The position numbers and the translations under genes were made by a program. Positions 12,450 through 25,095 of a stretch of DNA of 64,000 nucleotides are shown piece after piece (the stretch's first letter is position 1; every line of letters begins with the position of its first letter). The DNA lies in contig NW_024704742.1 in assembly GCF_018977255.1 (NCBI RefSeq), positions 83,268,001 through 83,332,000 on the forward strand. Direction: 5' to 3'. Under the pieces are notes generated by a model. The model had not been told where the DNA came from, ran no database searches, and was given only the letters and a program-made list of their open reading frames with translations. Source of the stretch: Callorhinchus milii (lineage: Eukaryota).

Positions 12450-13012
12450 GAGTATTGTGTCCATTTTGGGACTTCCCACTATACCAAAGTTGTCAAGGCC
12501 ACAGAGAGATTGCAGAGGAGATTCATTAGGGGTGAGAGTGTTTCTTTATGAAGAAACTGGAGCTGTTTTTCCTGAAACAGAGAAGATTGAGAAGAGACTT
12601 AAGACTTGAGGAGGCTTTAAAAATGATGAGAGGTTTTAATAGCGTGAAACAGGGAGAAATTAGTTCCACTGGTCAGTGAGTCAGCATAGATTTAAGGTAA
12701 ATTCCAAAAAAACAAACTGAGCAGTTGGGAGAATTTATTTTTGTTAGGATGTGAAATGCCCTATGATTGAAGCAGAATCTATATAATAATCCTTGCATTT
12801 GATATAGCGCCTTATGTCATCGAGACATCTCAAAGTGTTTCACAGGATTTTACTATAAAGTACAGATGTGCATAATAAATTAGTTTTTAAGAGACAATTA
12901 GATACATATCTGAAAAGGAGAAATATAAAAGGATATAAGCAGGAGAATGCGACAAACAGGCAGCTCTTTCAGAGAGCCAGCAAAATGGGCCAATTGGTCT
13001 CGTTTTATGCTG
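12450..13012 (+). mobile_element. Older CR1 3' fragment interrupted by a SINE tail (~12783-12865, minus)
   Basis: Degenerate version of the same CR1 region (tattgtgtccattttgg...cagagaagattgagaagagactt) continuing into the 3' UTR. Confidence 0.65.
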
Positions 13013-13016
13013 AAAT

Positions 13017-13390
13017 CGAGTCCTATAGCTCAGTGGTTAGAGCACTCGCCTCGCAAGTGAGAGACCTGGGTTCTATTCCCGGCAGGACAAAACCTTGGGC
13101 AGGTTTCCTTACTCCACACGCCTCTGTTTACCTAGAAGTAAGTAGGAACATGTTTGTTAGTCGATTGGCGGATTGCTTTTCCAAGGAAAATAATCCTTCA
13201 AAAAAAATTATAATAATTGCGTCACTCACACCCACGACTGTTTGTGGGAATCTGCTGTGCACAATTGGCTGCCACGTTTTGCCCACAAAAATACAGTCAA
13301 TTCACTTTACAGTATATTCTATGAAGTGCTTTTAGACATTTAGAATACATGAAAAGTGCTATATCAAATACAAGGATTTTTATTATTATT
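13017..13390 (+). mobile_element. tRNA-Ala-like SINE, long subfamily, full length
   Basis: TAGCTCAGTGG A box, CTCGC-CTCGCAA-GTGAG anticodon arm (CGC), GGTTCTATTCC B box, body and tail. Confidence 0.9.
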
Positions 13391-13467
13391 ACATTTCTAT
13401 GGTTTTATAAATATGAATGGAGCCTGTATTTTACATCAGTTTAATATCTCATCTTGTAATGCACGAG

Positions 13468-13563
13468 AGCGTCAGCCTAGACAATGAGCTCATGCCACCA
13501 CATGGAGCTGGAACCCACAAGCTTCTGACCCAGGCACGAAAGCGGTACCAACTGAGCCAAGCT
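13468..13563 (-). mobile_element. DeuSINE (SacSINE1-like) head fragment
   Basis: Reverse complement: cagcttggctcagttggtaccgctttcgtgcctgggtcagaagcttgtgggttccagc...ctaggctgac. Confidence 0.7.
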
Positions 13564-13991
13564 GACCCGTGAACAGACACGTATTATACTGACCCACGGG
13601 AACTTTGCTCCAATGCAATCTACTTCCAATGTGTTGATGTTAACTCTAAGGAAGTCAGTTAAGAAATACCATAAAATAACTATGCTATTATACAAATATG
13701 ACCCATCCAGCAGCTGTTGAATCCTTTAAACTCCGACAAGTTTTAAGAAGTAGCAGTCAGAGGCAAATTTATCAGACTGTGGGCTGGCAGTGATGTTTGG
13801 CAATTTTTGGAGGCTGCAGAGTACTCTCAATGCATATTTGCTTTGCTATAAAAATATGCAGAGGAGTGAGTACAAAGCTTCATTGGCACGCCACAGCCCT
13901 GAGCACATTGTTTTCCCATCTCAGAGTCTGAGAAATGGGATTAGAGAAATGATCAATTGTCGCCAATTAACAGAGTTCCCTTAATTAATAA

Positions 13992-14803
13992 AACAAAACG
14001 CAAAATACTGCAGATGCTGGAAACCTGAAACAAAAACAGAAGTCGCTAGGAACACTCAGCAGGTCAGGCAACAACAACAACTTGGATTTATATAGCTTCC
14101 TCCACGCTGGACGGCGTTTCAGAGTGCTTCACAGTAACGGATCCCGGGGCCGAGCCAGGGGGAGGGGGAGGAAGGTGACCAAAGACACGGTCGAAAAGAA
14201 AGGTCTTTAGCCAAGACCTGAAAGTAGGAAGAGAGGGGGCGAGGCGAAGGGAGTGAGGAAGGCAGCTCCAGAGCCTCGGGGCGTAGTGGCTGAAAGCACA
14301 GCCACCGATGGTGGAGTGGAGGACTCAGGGGACAAGGAGGAGGCCAGACCCAGTGGAACGAAGACAACGGGCACTTTTGTGAGGAGAGAGGCGGTCAAAG
14401 AGGTAGGGGGGTGCAGAGGAGTGGAGGGATTTGAAGACAAGAGTGAGGATCTTGAAGTCGATCATCTCTGGGACAGGCAGCCAGTGCAGTCTGGCAAGGA
14501 CTGGGGTGATCCGGGAGTGGAGTTTGGTGCGGGTGAGAATGCGGGCGGCAGAGTTTTGATGACCTGGATTTTATAAATGATAGCGAAGGGGACACCGGCG
14601 AGGAGGGCATTTGAATAGTCCAGCCGAGAGGTGACAAAGGCAGCGTCTATGAAGAAAGGAAAGTGAGTCAACCTTTCAGGTCCATGACCCGACCGGGCTG
14701 TTCTGACGAAGGGTTGTAGACCTGAAACTTTGACTCACTTTCCTTTCTCCATAGATACTGTCTGACCTGCTGAGTGTCCCCAACGACTTCTGTTTTTGTT
14801 TTC
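13992..14803. mobile_element. Palindromic Penelope-like element split by an L2 insertion
   Basis: The left arm 13992-14070 resumes at ~14637. CTGACGA-A-GGGT-TGTAG-ACCT-GAAAC at 14703-14728. The right arm runs to ~14803. Confidence 0.75.
14070..14640 (-). mobile_element. 5'-truncated L2 LINE (second 3'-UTR type)
   Basis: AFVTSRLDYSNALLAGVP peptide and a (TTG)n tail. The 3' UTR matches the copy at 42112. Confidence 0.9.
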
Positions 14804-16654
14804 TTTAATTAATATTTTGCTTGAGACAGTATGAAAGTCAACAACTCAAACATGTTGCGACTGAGCTCACTAATTAAAATGTGCGATAAAGGGCAAGATA
14901 CAAATACCCGAATACGCTAAAAGAAATTTATAAATGTAAAAAGTTTTTGAAGTGGAAAATTAAAAATAATTTTTTTTACCGGTGAACCCTGTGTTCATTA
15001 AGGTGAGGGATATTAGCGCTGAAAAATGCAACAATTATGAAATATTCAGCACAGAAGGGCCATTCAGATCATCATAACTGAGCCATTGCTATCTTTTCTA
15101 AATTGTTTTTTTCAGTGAACCCACTTTCCAGCTCTTTCCTTTACATTTGTAAGGATTCACTGTTAAAGGCACCAATAAACTTGTTTTTGATTTCATAGGC
15201 TTTCAGTCTTCTTCCTTAGTCTTCAAGACTTAGTTATTAAGGAAGACATTTCTGGGGAAAACTTACACCTGGATTTACTCTATTTACAAAGTGTTTTAAA
15301 GAGACCAGGATTTAGCAAATTGTTGAACTCAGTCTTAAATTTGAAGCCCGTTTTCCGTAATTCTTAAAGTAGCTCACAGAAAACCAATTTCAAAATCCAA
15401 ACTAAAATGTTTTTTTAGACTAGAATGTACTAAATTCTGGCCACTCTAAAATGCTAAGCATAGAGAGTAAAACCAAGGTGTTGCCTGCCTGGCAGATGTT
15501 AAAGATAACAATAATAAAAATAATAATAATAATAATTCTTGCATTTGATATAGAGGCTGATTACGTTTTGAGGCATCTCAAAGCGCGTCACAGAATATAC
15601 TATAAAGTGTAGTGACTGTGTATTTTGTGGGTGAAATACACAGTCACTACACTTTACAGTAGTGTAAGATCCCATGGAAGTCTTCGAAAAGAGAATGGAG
15701 TTTCTCTCAGCAAATTAGCAATACCCTGGATACAATTGGTCACTCACTTCACGGCTGCTTGTGGGACATTGCCGTTACTTTTGCCTACAAATAGACCATC
15801 ACTGCACTTTACAGTAAATCCTGTGAAGCACTTTGAGATGTCTATACAACGTGTTAAAGTGCTAAATCAAATATAAGGATTATTATAAACCTGGACCCGG
15901 GTGGAAATTCAGCCCAGTTTGCAGTGATGATGGCAAATGTTGTGCAGATTTGAAGGATAGTGAGAAACAAGACAAAATTTGCAGAGAGACTGATAGCTAA
16001 TCAAAAGAGACACTTGATGAACCTTTTCGATTGGAGGTCCGGAATTGAGGATTCCCTATTTCCTGAAGGGGATATAATTATAGCATTTCATTTGATTGAA
16101 GAGAATAAAAAAGCCTTTTACGGTATTGCTTTGAAAATAGAAAATGGGGAAACTGATTTAAAGAGACGTTGTCCATTACAGTCTGCGACAGCAGCTGTAA
16201 CTATTATGTGGTGGTATTCCACGCAGCAGCTGCCTCTTGTTCATCTTAACAATTCATTGTACCTAATGCTGTCAGCCCAGTCTTGTCCACATCAGTATTG
16301 CCAAATGTTGCAAAGTATCAGATCCTGGAGAAGGTATAATCGCAAGCAAATCCTGCAGTACTTACTATTTGAGCCATCTGGGGGAACGAGTCATCTTTTT
16401 CACATTAACCTAAATCAATAAAGTCATTGCCAAAATTTTCAATGAAACTAATGCACACCACACGTGGAGCCATTGGAGCTATGGTATATCATTCCTGTGG
16501 GGGATACGTTTCAATAAAAAATATGGTTACTCTCAAAGTGTAAGACCAATGCGCTATAACCCTAATTAACACCAGCACCAGTCTAGCCAGCTGCCAAACA
16601 TCATAGTGTGGAAGGGAAGAGCTGGTGGGGGGGGAAGTGGGTGGATGTTGAAAA

Positions 16655-16815
16655 ATATCGGAATTAAATCAACCCCCTGTGTCTGTTTCTGTAGTCCTGT
16701 TCTTGAACCAGGTGGGACCGTAGTACTCCAAGGCACTGCTGACAACAGAAAAGACAACCTGGCTCATTGGGTAGGACTTGGAGGAGCAGAACAGTCACTA
16801 GTGCAGGAGTATCAT
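16655..16815 (+). repeat. Unclassified old interspersed repeat, copy 1
   Basis: Collinear motifs shared with 37833-38060 (-) and 58020-58250 (+). Confidence 0.55.
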
Positions 16816-17789
16816 GCAAATAGCAAAAAACTTTGTTCGAGGTGATCTTAAATCAGAGTGGAGGTCTCACAGGTTGGCACATGATATACATGGGCTTTGC
16901 TTGCACTTTTATGTCCAGAGGCACTGTTTACACTGTGATCTTGCCATTCAAGCACTGTTTCTGCCCCCAATGGCACAGCCATCTACTATAGCCTAGCACT
17001 GAGCCTGACCAGGCATGAAATCTTAAAATAAACCCTGGTGGGAGACATCAAAATGCAACAAAAAGGGCTCCTCGATAAATGTAACTTCCAACTTGGAAAA
17101 AAAAATACAAGACAAGATTTACAAGGTGGCTTTCTAGATCCATATAAAGAAAAATGGACAAAAGTATGGAGAGATACAGCAATACCATTTTAAGGATAGG
17201 AAACTAATGGAGAACGTCAGAGGAGAATGGCTCAGGGAGCAATAACAATCTTCCGAACGATCCAAAACCACACAAGAAAAGAAGAATTAAAATCAATAAT
17301 AATAATAATGATAATAATAATAATAATCATCCTTGAATTTGATACAGCGCCTTATCATGTCATCGAGATGGCTCAAAGTCCTTCACGGAATATATTATAA
17401 AGTGGAGTGACTATGAAAAACAGAAAACAAAGTCAACAAAAGTACATCAGGCATCTCAGAATAAGAAGGAATTTCAGTAAGGGTATCACAACTTAGGCAG
17501 CAAACCAACAAACAGGATGGAGAAAGCAAACAAAAACTTTGATTCCTTCCCAAGCCTGAAAGGAGCAGACATCTCATGGTGACTGCTTGTACTGAGACTG
17601 AGAATACCCAAAGAAGAAAGATGAAAATGGATGGGAGTCTGGGATTTGTGGAGTTCAAAATTCAGCCCAGTGAGTATTTTATTTGGGATGCAGGCATGGA
17701 AATGAATGCGGCTCTATGACATGCACAGATTTTAAACAAGATTCCGTACATTAAATTCAACCCCTTATTACAAAATTAAAATGTCTCAA

Positions 17790-18200
17790 AGCACAAAGTC
17801 CAGTCTCTTGACCTCAACCATCCTTCCTGGCAAGCCATTCCAGTTGTTAATTACTCTAAGTGCAAAGGAAAAACCTCCTGGTATCCTTCCTGAAATGGCT
17901 CTTTGCATCTTTACATGGATATCATCTTTTTCTACTCTCTTAGTCCATCTCAAAGCATTGATGTGAGTTTACTGTTTCAATCCCATTTAAAATTATATGC
18001 ACCTCTTCTATGAGTTCCCCTCCTCTCAAGAATGAACAACCCCAGCTTCTCCAGTAGTTGTTCATAGTTCATTCCTCCATGAGAGATCATCCTTGTCGCT
18101 CAGGGCTTAGTATCTTTATAGGACTTGGGCAGCCTCCTAATATCACAGTGACCAAAATGGTCTGCAGTACTCGAGGTGCACTCTGGCCAAAGCAGTATTC
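17790..18200 (-). mobile_element. Decayed CR1 fragment
   Basis: Antisense CR1-type motifs: cctggcaagccattccag, gaacaaccccagcttctccag, gaccaaaatggtctgcagtactc. Confidence 0.55.
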
Positions 18201-19619
18201 AGCTTGAGTTTGACAGAGAGTTACCGTGGCTGTGCAGCAATTTCTAACAACATTCTTCAATAAGTTAGAAAGGCCAGTTTGATTGCAGTGGGACTCCAAG
18301 TGGTGTCTAGAGCAGGCCAATGTGCAGAATTTTCATCAACTTCAACTCCAGAATTAGTTTAATTCTGAACCAGAGTTCCTATGGATTGGTGCAGTGTGCT
18401 TCTGCACCTAATTTGGGGTTCTCCAGAATTAAGCAAATAGGGTGCATCCCTTCAGGGAGAGAGTGCACATTCCATTCCAAACACGAGAATTTCCATGTGT
18501 GGATGGCATACACATGGGAACTCTCAGTCTGGTGTGGATACTGTTAAGCACGGTGATGGCTCTCTGCATGTGTCAGACACCTGTCTGACCGAAACAGAAA
18601 TTATGGCTTTAGAATGAGGGTGTGAATTCTTGACTATTATGACAAACATTTTTTTGGGTTGTGCTTCCACATTTAGAGCCTTGTAACCACAAGAGAGAGG
18701 AAACCCTATAATTTTAGGTTGAATTTAAAATTAAATTCCAGAGGTGAAAGGCTGGTAACTCATTCTGGAATTAGTCTGCTGTGGTAAAGAACTTTTACAT
18801 ACTTTGTTCCAAGTGATATGTCGAGCTTCACAAAATAAAGCCCACTATTACTGTGGAAAACTGTCAAGTTTTTCCCAATCAGAAATTTCATGAACTTCCA
18901 TTATATCTAATGGGAATTCATAGCCGGGATTGAGGGCCGAACAGTGCATTCTCATCTTGAGCAATCCATTTACCCTACTGAAGCAATTATTTAAAGGAAT
19001 TAAATTCATTGAAATCTGAAGGAATTTGGTAATAGTAATTTTTATGTCTTGTAAAATAAAATTACAAAAAGCTAGTTAACATGTAAAAGAAATAACAGAA
19101 TTCAGCGCAGAGGATATAATTTTCATTTCCTGGATGAATGCATAAAACATCAAACTGCTTTAACGTCAGAAGCAGTCAGTAAAATAAAACATTTGTTTTT
19201 GCTGCAAAATGTAACACTGGTCTATTAGAAATACAGGGATTTATGTTTGTTTCCACATTAGCTCCTCCGTGCTGCTTGTTATCGGAAGCTGTAAAGGGCT
19301 ATTGAAACCTTTGCAATTTTTACATTAAGTCAGATAGTCAGAGAAATAAAGAAGTGACAATTGAGCCTGAATAAATGTACACTTGGCATATGTTGTTTCC
19401 CTAATCGTGATATCTACAATTGGATCTATATTTGTTTCAAACAACCTTTTATTCATTTAAGTAAATAACAATCCTTGCTTTTGATTTAACACCTATAACA
19501 CTGAAACTAAAGTGTAGTGAGAATGTATTTCTCATTCACTTCATGACTGTTGTATATTGCTGCGCACAAATTGGTTGCCTCACTCACCTACAAAATATGT
19601 AGTCATTATACTTGGAGGC

Positions 19620-19915
19620 ATCCTCCCAACTTGAAAGGTGCTATATCAAATGCAAAGATTGCAATTGTTGTTATTTGTAGACAAACAAAGCAGGCTATTT
19701 GTTCACAGCAATGTCGCACAAGTAGCAGTAGGTGAATGACCAATTCATTATGGAGGATTGTTGGCCAGGACACTAGGAGAAACTTCCTTCCCTGTTCAAA
19801 TAATGCCATGGGATCTTTAACATAATCTGAAAAGACAAATGGAACCTTGTTTAACATCTTATCTGAAGAATGGCATCTCCAACAATGCAGTACACCCCAG
19901 CATAGCACAGTGCAG
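19620..19915 (-). mobile_element. DeuSINE (SacSINE1-like) fragment
   Basis: Antisense Deu-domain motifs: ttggccaggacac, tgccatgggatcttt, gtttaacatcttatctgaagaatggcatctcc. An L2-type tail fragment in the opposite orientation overlaps the left edge. Confidence 0.7.
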
Positions 19916-22900
19916 TGCTGGGGGTGCGCCCAAAGATTTTGTTGATTTGTTTCTTCCTTCTGATCACAGAAAATAATAATATAATACTAATAATCCTTAC
20001 ATTTGATATAGTCCCTTATCAGTGATAAGTTATCACATAGTTGAGACGTCTCAAAATGCTTCACAGAATATACTGTAAAGTGGATTGACTGTATTTGGTG
20101 GGCGAAGCAAAATAACCATTCATTGCAGCTAAAAATAGGATTAGATGCTTGAATCAACTGGTTTGGGCCCTGTGAAGCGATCCTCAAATGCCAGCTCCAC
20201 ATTTGATAACCAGGTCCTGCTGCCACTGAGAGCAATCAAAGGTAAGAACAGTAATTTTGAATGTAGCCTGCGGTCCAAAGAGTTCTCAATTCATTCCCAG
20301 ACATTACGTCCACAACACTCCAGTGACTTCGTGCTCCTTATGTAGGAATGAAGGAACACCTGCAGAGCAAATCGGCTTTGCGAGGACTTTTCTTTCAATC
20401 CAACATGAAAACTGGCGCGAGAAACACTCAGCATCTCAAGCACACATTTCTTAATTGTTACTAGAGCTTAATACCGCATCTGATATTATGGAATATTCCA
20501 ATGAATCTCCAGTCGTGAAGAGTACAATACTCTTCTGGGAATGCTACTCAGCACTGTACAGAGACTCTGGTAACCGCCAAAAAAATTACAAGACTCTCCA
20601 GGAAGCCCATAAAATCTAAAAAAGAATGTAACTTGAAATTCCACTCACAGTACGTATAATGAATAATAAAATAAGAAGCACCAGGGAGTGAGTTTTAAAA
20701 GCAAGAACCTAATCTGGGGTCAGGCAATGCTTTGATGCTAACAAACTGCTTGAGTTTCATGCTCACTTTTTATAACTTCATCCCAATCCCCAGATTGTCT
20801 TATTGCTGCTGGGACTTGGCACGAAGATGGATACAAATTGTCTGTCAACCTGACTTCTATTTAGAACATCCCACAATGTCCTATTCTGCATTTCTTTTCA
20901 GATTAGAGGGCTCAGTCTGCATTCCTGATGAGTAAAGGGGGGCCATTCACATGACAATTATTTTAGTTTGTAAAGTTTGTTTTTTTGTTTGCTAATTTAT
21001 CCATCGTCTCTATAATAGCTTTGACTTAATCCAGGATTGATCTCATCCAGTGCCTTAGAAAGTTTCAAACAGCAGGGATTCAAATTGTGCCAACAGTGCT
21101 CACTTATTTAGCCTTTGTGAATTCCTATAGCATCTATTCTCTTATACATTATGTGTAACTGTTCTCCTCCAAAGTCATACAATATCTGTTTAAGTCTAAC
21201 ACTACAACAATCAAACATGAAGAATTTGCAGTTATGTCGCACCTATCACGTTGGAACAATGTCTCAAAGTTCTTTACAAAGACTGAGCGGGACCCTGAGC
21301 TACAAGGGACCAGGATGTGGGGTGGGAGGAAAGAGGGAAATGAGAAGTGGGCAAAAGCGGAGGCAAAGAGTTAGGTCTTTAGGAGGATTTGAATGCAGAG
21401 AGGGAGGGAAAGGCCAAGGCAGAGGGATTTCAGGAGAGTTTGAGATGGAGGAAGCAAAGTGGCAAGAATTTCCCAGTGGTCACATCCGAGAAGCTGGCCA
21501 TGTTATGGGTGTCCAGCTCACAGATTGGACTGCTGTTTGGTGGGTTAGGGTTAGGTTAGGTTTACTTAACTAAACAAAGAATTAGAGGAAAGAGCATTAG
21601 AGCTTTAATTTGGTCTTCATTCAATCACTCGGATGAAAATCCACTTTGAAAGCATACTCAACCTAATTTTGCCATAGAAAATATTGTACAGTTGTGTGGG
21701 CTTTTCTTAAAATTATTATTATTACCTAAGGCCAAACTAAAGACAGTAAAAGTTGGCCACAAAATCGAGCTTATCCACAAGGCGCCTGAAAGTAGAGAAA
21801 TACTTTAGTGTGGGTTAGGCTGAAAAGTCAGGAATCAGCAAATATTGTGAGGGACGCAGCTGTTCTTCTGGGTCATTTCCATCAAGCTTTCATTGGCTCG
21901 AACACAAGCACAACAAAGCCAAAGGCTTTGCGTTAGCCAGGGTGCAAACACCAACTTGCTGAGCACAGCTTAAAATGCACAGTTCGCTTATTGTTGCTGC
22001 AGCCCAGCTTCAGGTTATCCCACACTCCAAGCTTTTCTCCTTCAAGCAAAATATGTGGTCGGAAACCATCCAGGGCAAGGGGACAGATTGAAAGCAAACA
22101 GCCACTTCCCAGGGTCATCGACCTTTACCTCTCATCATTATTAAAGTAAGCCGCTGCCTTCAAATTGCTAGGGCAAAGTAATTTAACTATGTATAGATTT
22201 CCTGGCAGTTATTAATGATCAAATTCAGAACTCCCTTCAGAAAAAAGCAGAAAGGCAGGACAATTAGCCAGTTAGCTGACCTTTCAAATCACATTTCCGC
22301 TTACAGTAATCAGTGAGGTATTGCATTTACTTAACACTCTGCATAACACTGCAACATGTATGCACTTTATTAGGTGCATGGAAGATTATTAAATTGATAA
22401 TGATGGGACTTTTAGATTGAATTTATGGGTCGCTGCACTCTGCAATGCATTACAGCCTAGCTGTGCGCCTGCGTTATGATCATGCCTGCACTCGCTCATG
22501 TTATTACAGGTTGATAGTCATGGTTTTTGGTAGCTTTAATGTGAGAACACTGGATTCCTACATCAAAGAAACCAAATTCAAATCCCAGTTTGAACTCACC
22601 TTTACTCAATGGGTATTTGGGGTACATTGGCAACTTGGGTCCTTGATAGTCGTTCTGTGGCAAAGGTAAAGGAAGCATGCAGTACAAATTTGACAATGAA
22701 TAAAAGTGACAGTAGCTACGTGTTCCTGCGCCAATAAAACAAAAATCAGTCAGCATCTGAATCCCCAGTGCTTTGGGATTTGGGAGTGAACAAACAAGCC
22801 CATAAATGGTCAAAGATAGCAAAGTTCCTCCAAGCCGTTCAAAGTGTCTTCACAGTCCGTCATTTTACCCTGGGTGACTCCTCCCACATGGTTGTGGTAG

Positions 22901-23000
22901 ATCTAAAAATTTGACTGAAACTTTGACCTTCTATATCATTTGTGATATTAGACTGCTCAATTCATAGAATCCTGATGGAATAGGTGAAAGTAACTCTCAC

Positions 23001-23402
23001 CTTGGCTCAGTTGGTAACACTCTCGCTTCTGGGACAAAAGCTCCTGGGTTCAAAGCCCAAGCTGGGAATTTGAACTCACTGCCTAGGCTGACACTGCAGT
23101 GCAGTGCCGGCTGAGGGTTGCATTTGCAGAGGTGCCATCCTTTGGATGAGATATTAAGTCAAAGTCCCACATTCATGATAAGGCGGATGTACAAGATCTG
23201 ATGACATATTTGAAGGGAGTATCCCCTGGTGTCCTGGCCAGCAATCCTTCAGATAATATGGTCGTTTGTAGGAAATTGCTAGGCCAAAATTTATGCTATA
23301 TTCATCTACAAATACACAGCAACTACACTTTACACAAAATTGTGTGAAGTGTTTGGAGATGCTTTGACATGATAAACTGCTATAGAAAATGCAACGATTA
23401 TT
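23001..23402 (+). mobile_element. DeuSINE (SacSINE1-like), near full length
   Basis: TGGCTCAGTTGG A box, GGTTCAAAGCC B box, Deu domain (ggtgccatcctttggatgag...ggtgtcctggcc) and an L2-type tail. Confidence 0.8.
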
Positions 23403-24104
23403 TTTTCTCTATGTTTTTTAAAACAGTATGAGCCATGATTACTACCATGTTTATATCATGCAGAATACAACCAATGCACATTGGTACAAAATCATGCAAA
23501 CAGCACTATAATGGAGACTCTGGAAATAAACAAGAAGCGACCTAATTTACATTGGATTTGGATTAAAAATTCAGTTCGCAGCTTGTTACAAATTAATGGT
23601 ATAATCAGAACTTTAATATCAACACAGTCAATTTAAAAAGCGTTCCATTCTTTGGAACCAATTTAAATTCCTGGAATTAACATCGCAGCGAGAACACAGA
23701 AAGGAAAAAATGTCCCACAGTATTTTCTGTAATAATAAACCCTATCTGTAGGAATTTGTAAACTAAAGGAGACTCAACTTATTGCACAAGATAAAAACTT
23801 TTTTTTTAAAGTTTCATCAGCTTCACAATTCTGATTGTAAAGTCAATTTAAAACAAAGGTTTGAATGTTCTACTCCAGATATCCATTCTATGTATGGCAA
23901 ATAAAAATTCAATTCCATTGCACAAAAAAAAATGATGCTCTCTTTGTCACTGTTTTTACATTATTAGGTGCATTCTTCATCCAGCTAAATTTATGTGGCC
24001 CCAGTTCATTGGCATAAAGCTCATCCTCTGCGATTCTCTAAATGAAACTAAATATTAAAATCATTGGGGGTGAAAAATAATAATATTCTTATTATTCATA
24101 ATAA

Positions 24105-24265
24105 GGCGCTATATCCTTGCATTTGATATGGTGCCTTATTATGTCATTGAGATGTCTCAAAGTGTTTCACAGAATATATTGTAACGTGAATTGATTGTAT
24201 ATTTTGTGGGAGAAACGTGGCAGCCAATTGCGGGCAGCAGTGTCCCACAAACAGTCGTGGCCAAT
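24105..24265 (-). mobile_element. SINE 3' half
   Basis: Reverse complement matches the SINE Deu segment and tail. Confidence 0.8.
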
Positions 24266-24736
24266 TGTTTTTTGATAGAAAGGTGGTTGATAGAAATGCA
24301 GTATGCAATGTGATTATGATCACTCCCCTTCTTTCCCCCACCCACCCCCCCACGCCCACACAACTTTACTGAAATAGTTTCTCCCAAATCCAAAGCTATA
24401 GAGCGCCAACATTGCTCAAACCTGGAGTCAACTACTCCAATCCCTGTTCCTTCCTCTTTCCCGTATCATTTTACATTCCCCCTCATCAATGTTAATCCAA
24501 TTAATTGAATCTATTCTTTTTAATTGTTATGGTCTCAGCTTCAACAACCATTTTTGTCAAAGCATTCAACATTCTGATAACCGTCAGTGTGAAAATATTC
24601 TTCTAACTATTCCAGCCATAATGTCGCTGGAATACTGCATCTGCAATTGATGTTAACTGTTAGCTAAACTGGCATACACTCCTCCACTACTGAGCCACTA
24701 AGCCAGTAAAATAGGGGCTTAACATTTACAAACAAC

Positions 24737-25095
24737 GCCTGGTGCAGTGGTACCTCTCTAGCCTCTGAGTCAGAAGGATGTGGATTCAAGCCCCATGTCA
24801 GGACTTGGAATCACACAGTCTAAACTAAAATTCCAGTGCAGTGCTGGGTGTGTGCTGCATTGTCGGAGGTGTCATTCTTCGGATGAGATGTTTAACCAAG
24901 GTCCTGTCTGCCTGCTCAGGTGGACGTTAAAGATCCCGTGGTACTATTCAGAAAGAGAAGGGAGTTTCTCTCAGTGTCCTGGCTAACAAATCCTCCACAG
25001 TCAATCGACTTTACAGTATATCCTGTGAAGTGATTTGAGACACCTCAACAACATGATAAGGCATTATATCAAATGCAAAAAATGACTATTATTGT
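24737..25095 (+). mobile_element. DeuSINE (SacSINE1-like)
   Basis: gcctctgagtcagaagg...ggattcaagccc; ctcaggtggacgttaaagatcccgtgg; tail. Confidence 0.85.

Noticed and set aside
15960..16421. 153-aa ORF in unique sequence
   Set aside because: GTG start, no recognisable domain and no convincing splice sites; likely chance.
17295..17330. (TAA)n and (CAA)n microsatellites here and elsewhere
   Set aside because: They are the 3' tails of SINE and L2 copies, not independent features.
20145..20247. Candidate exon ending at AAG/GTAAGA
   Set aside because: No polypyrimidine acceptor, no recognisable peptide and no partner exons.
21541..21562. Telomere-like TTAGGG repeats
   Set aside because: Only about three imperfect units; too short to call.
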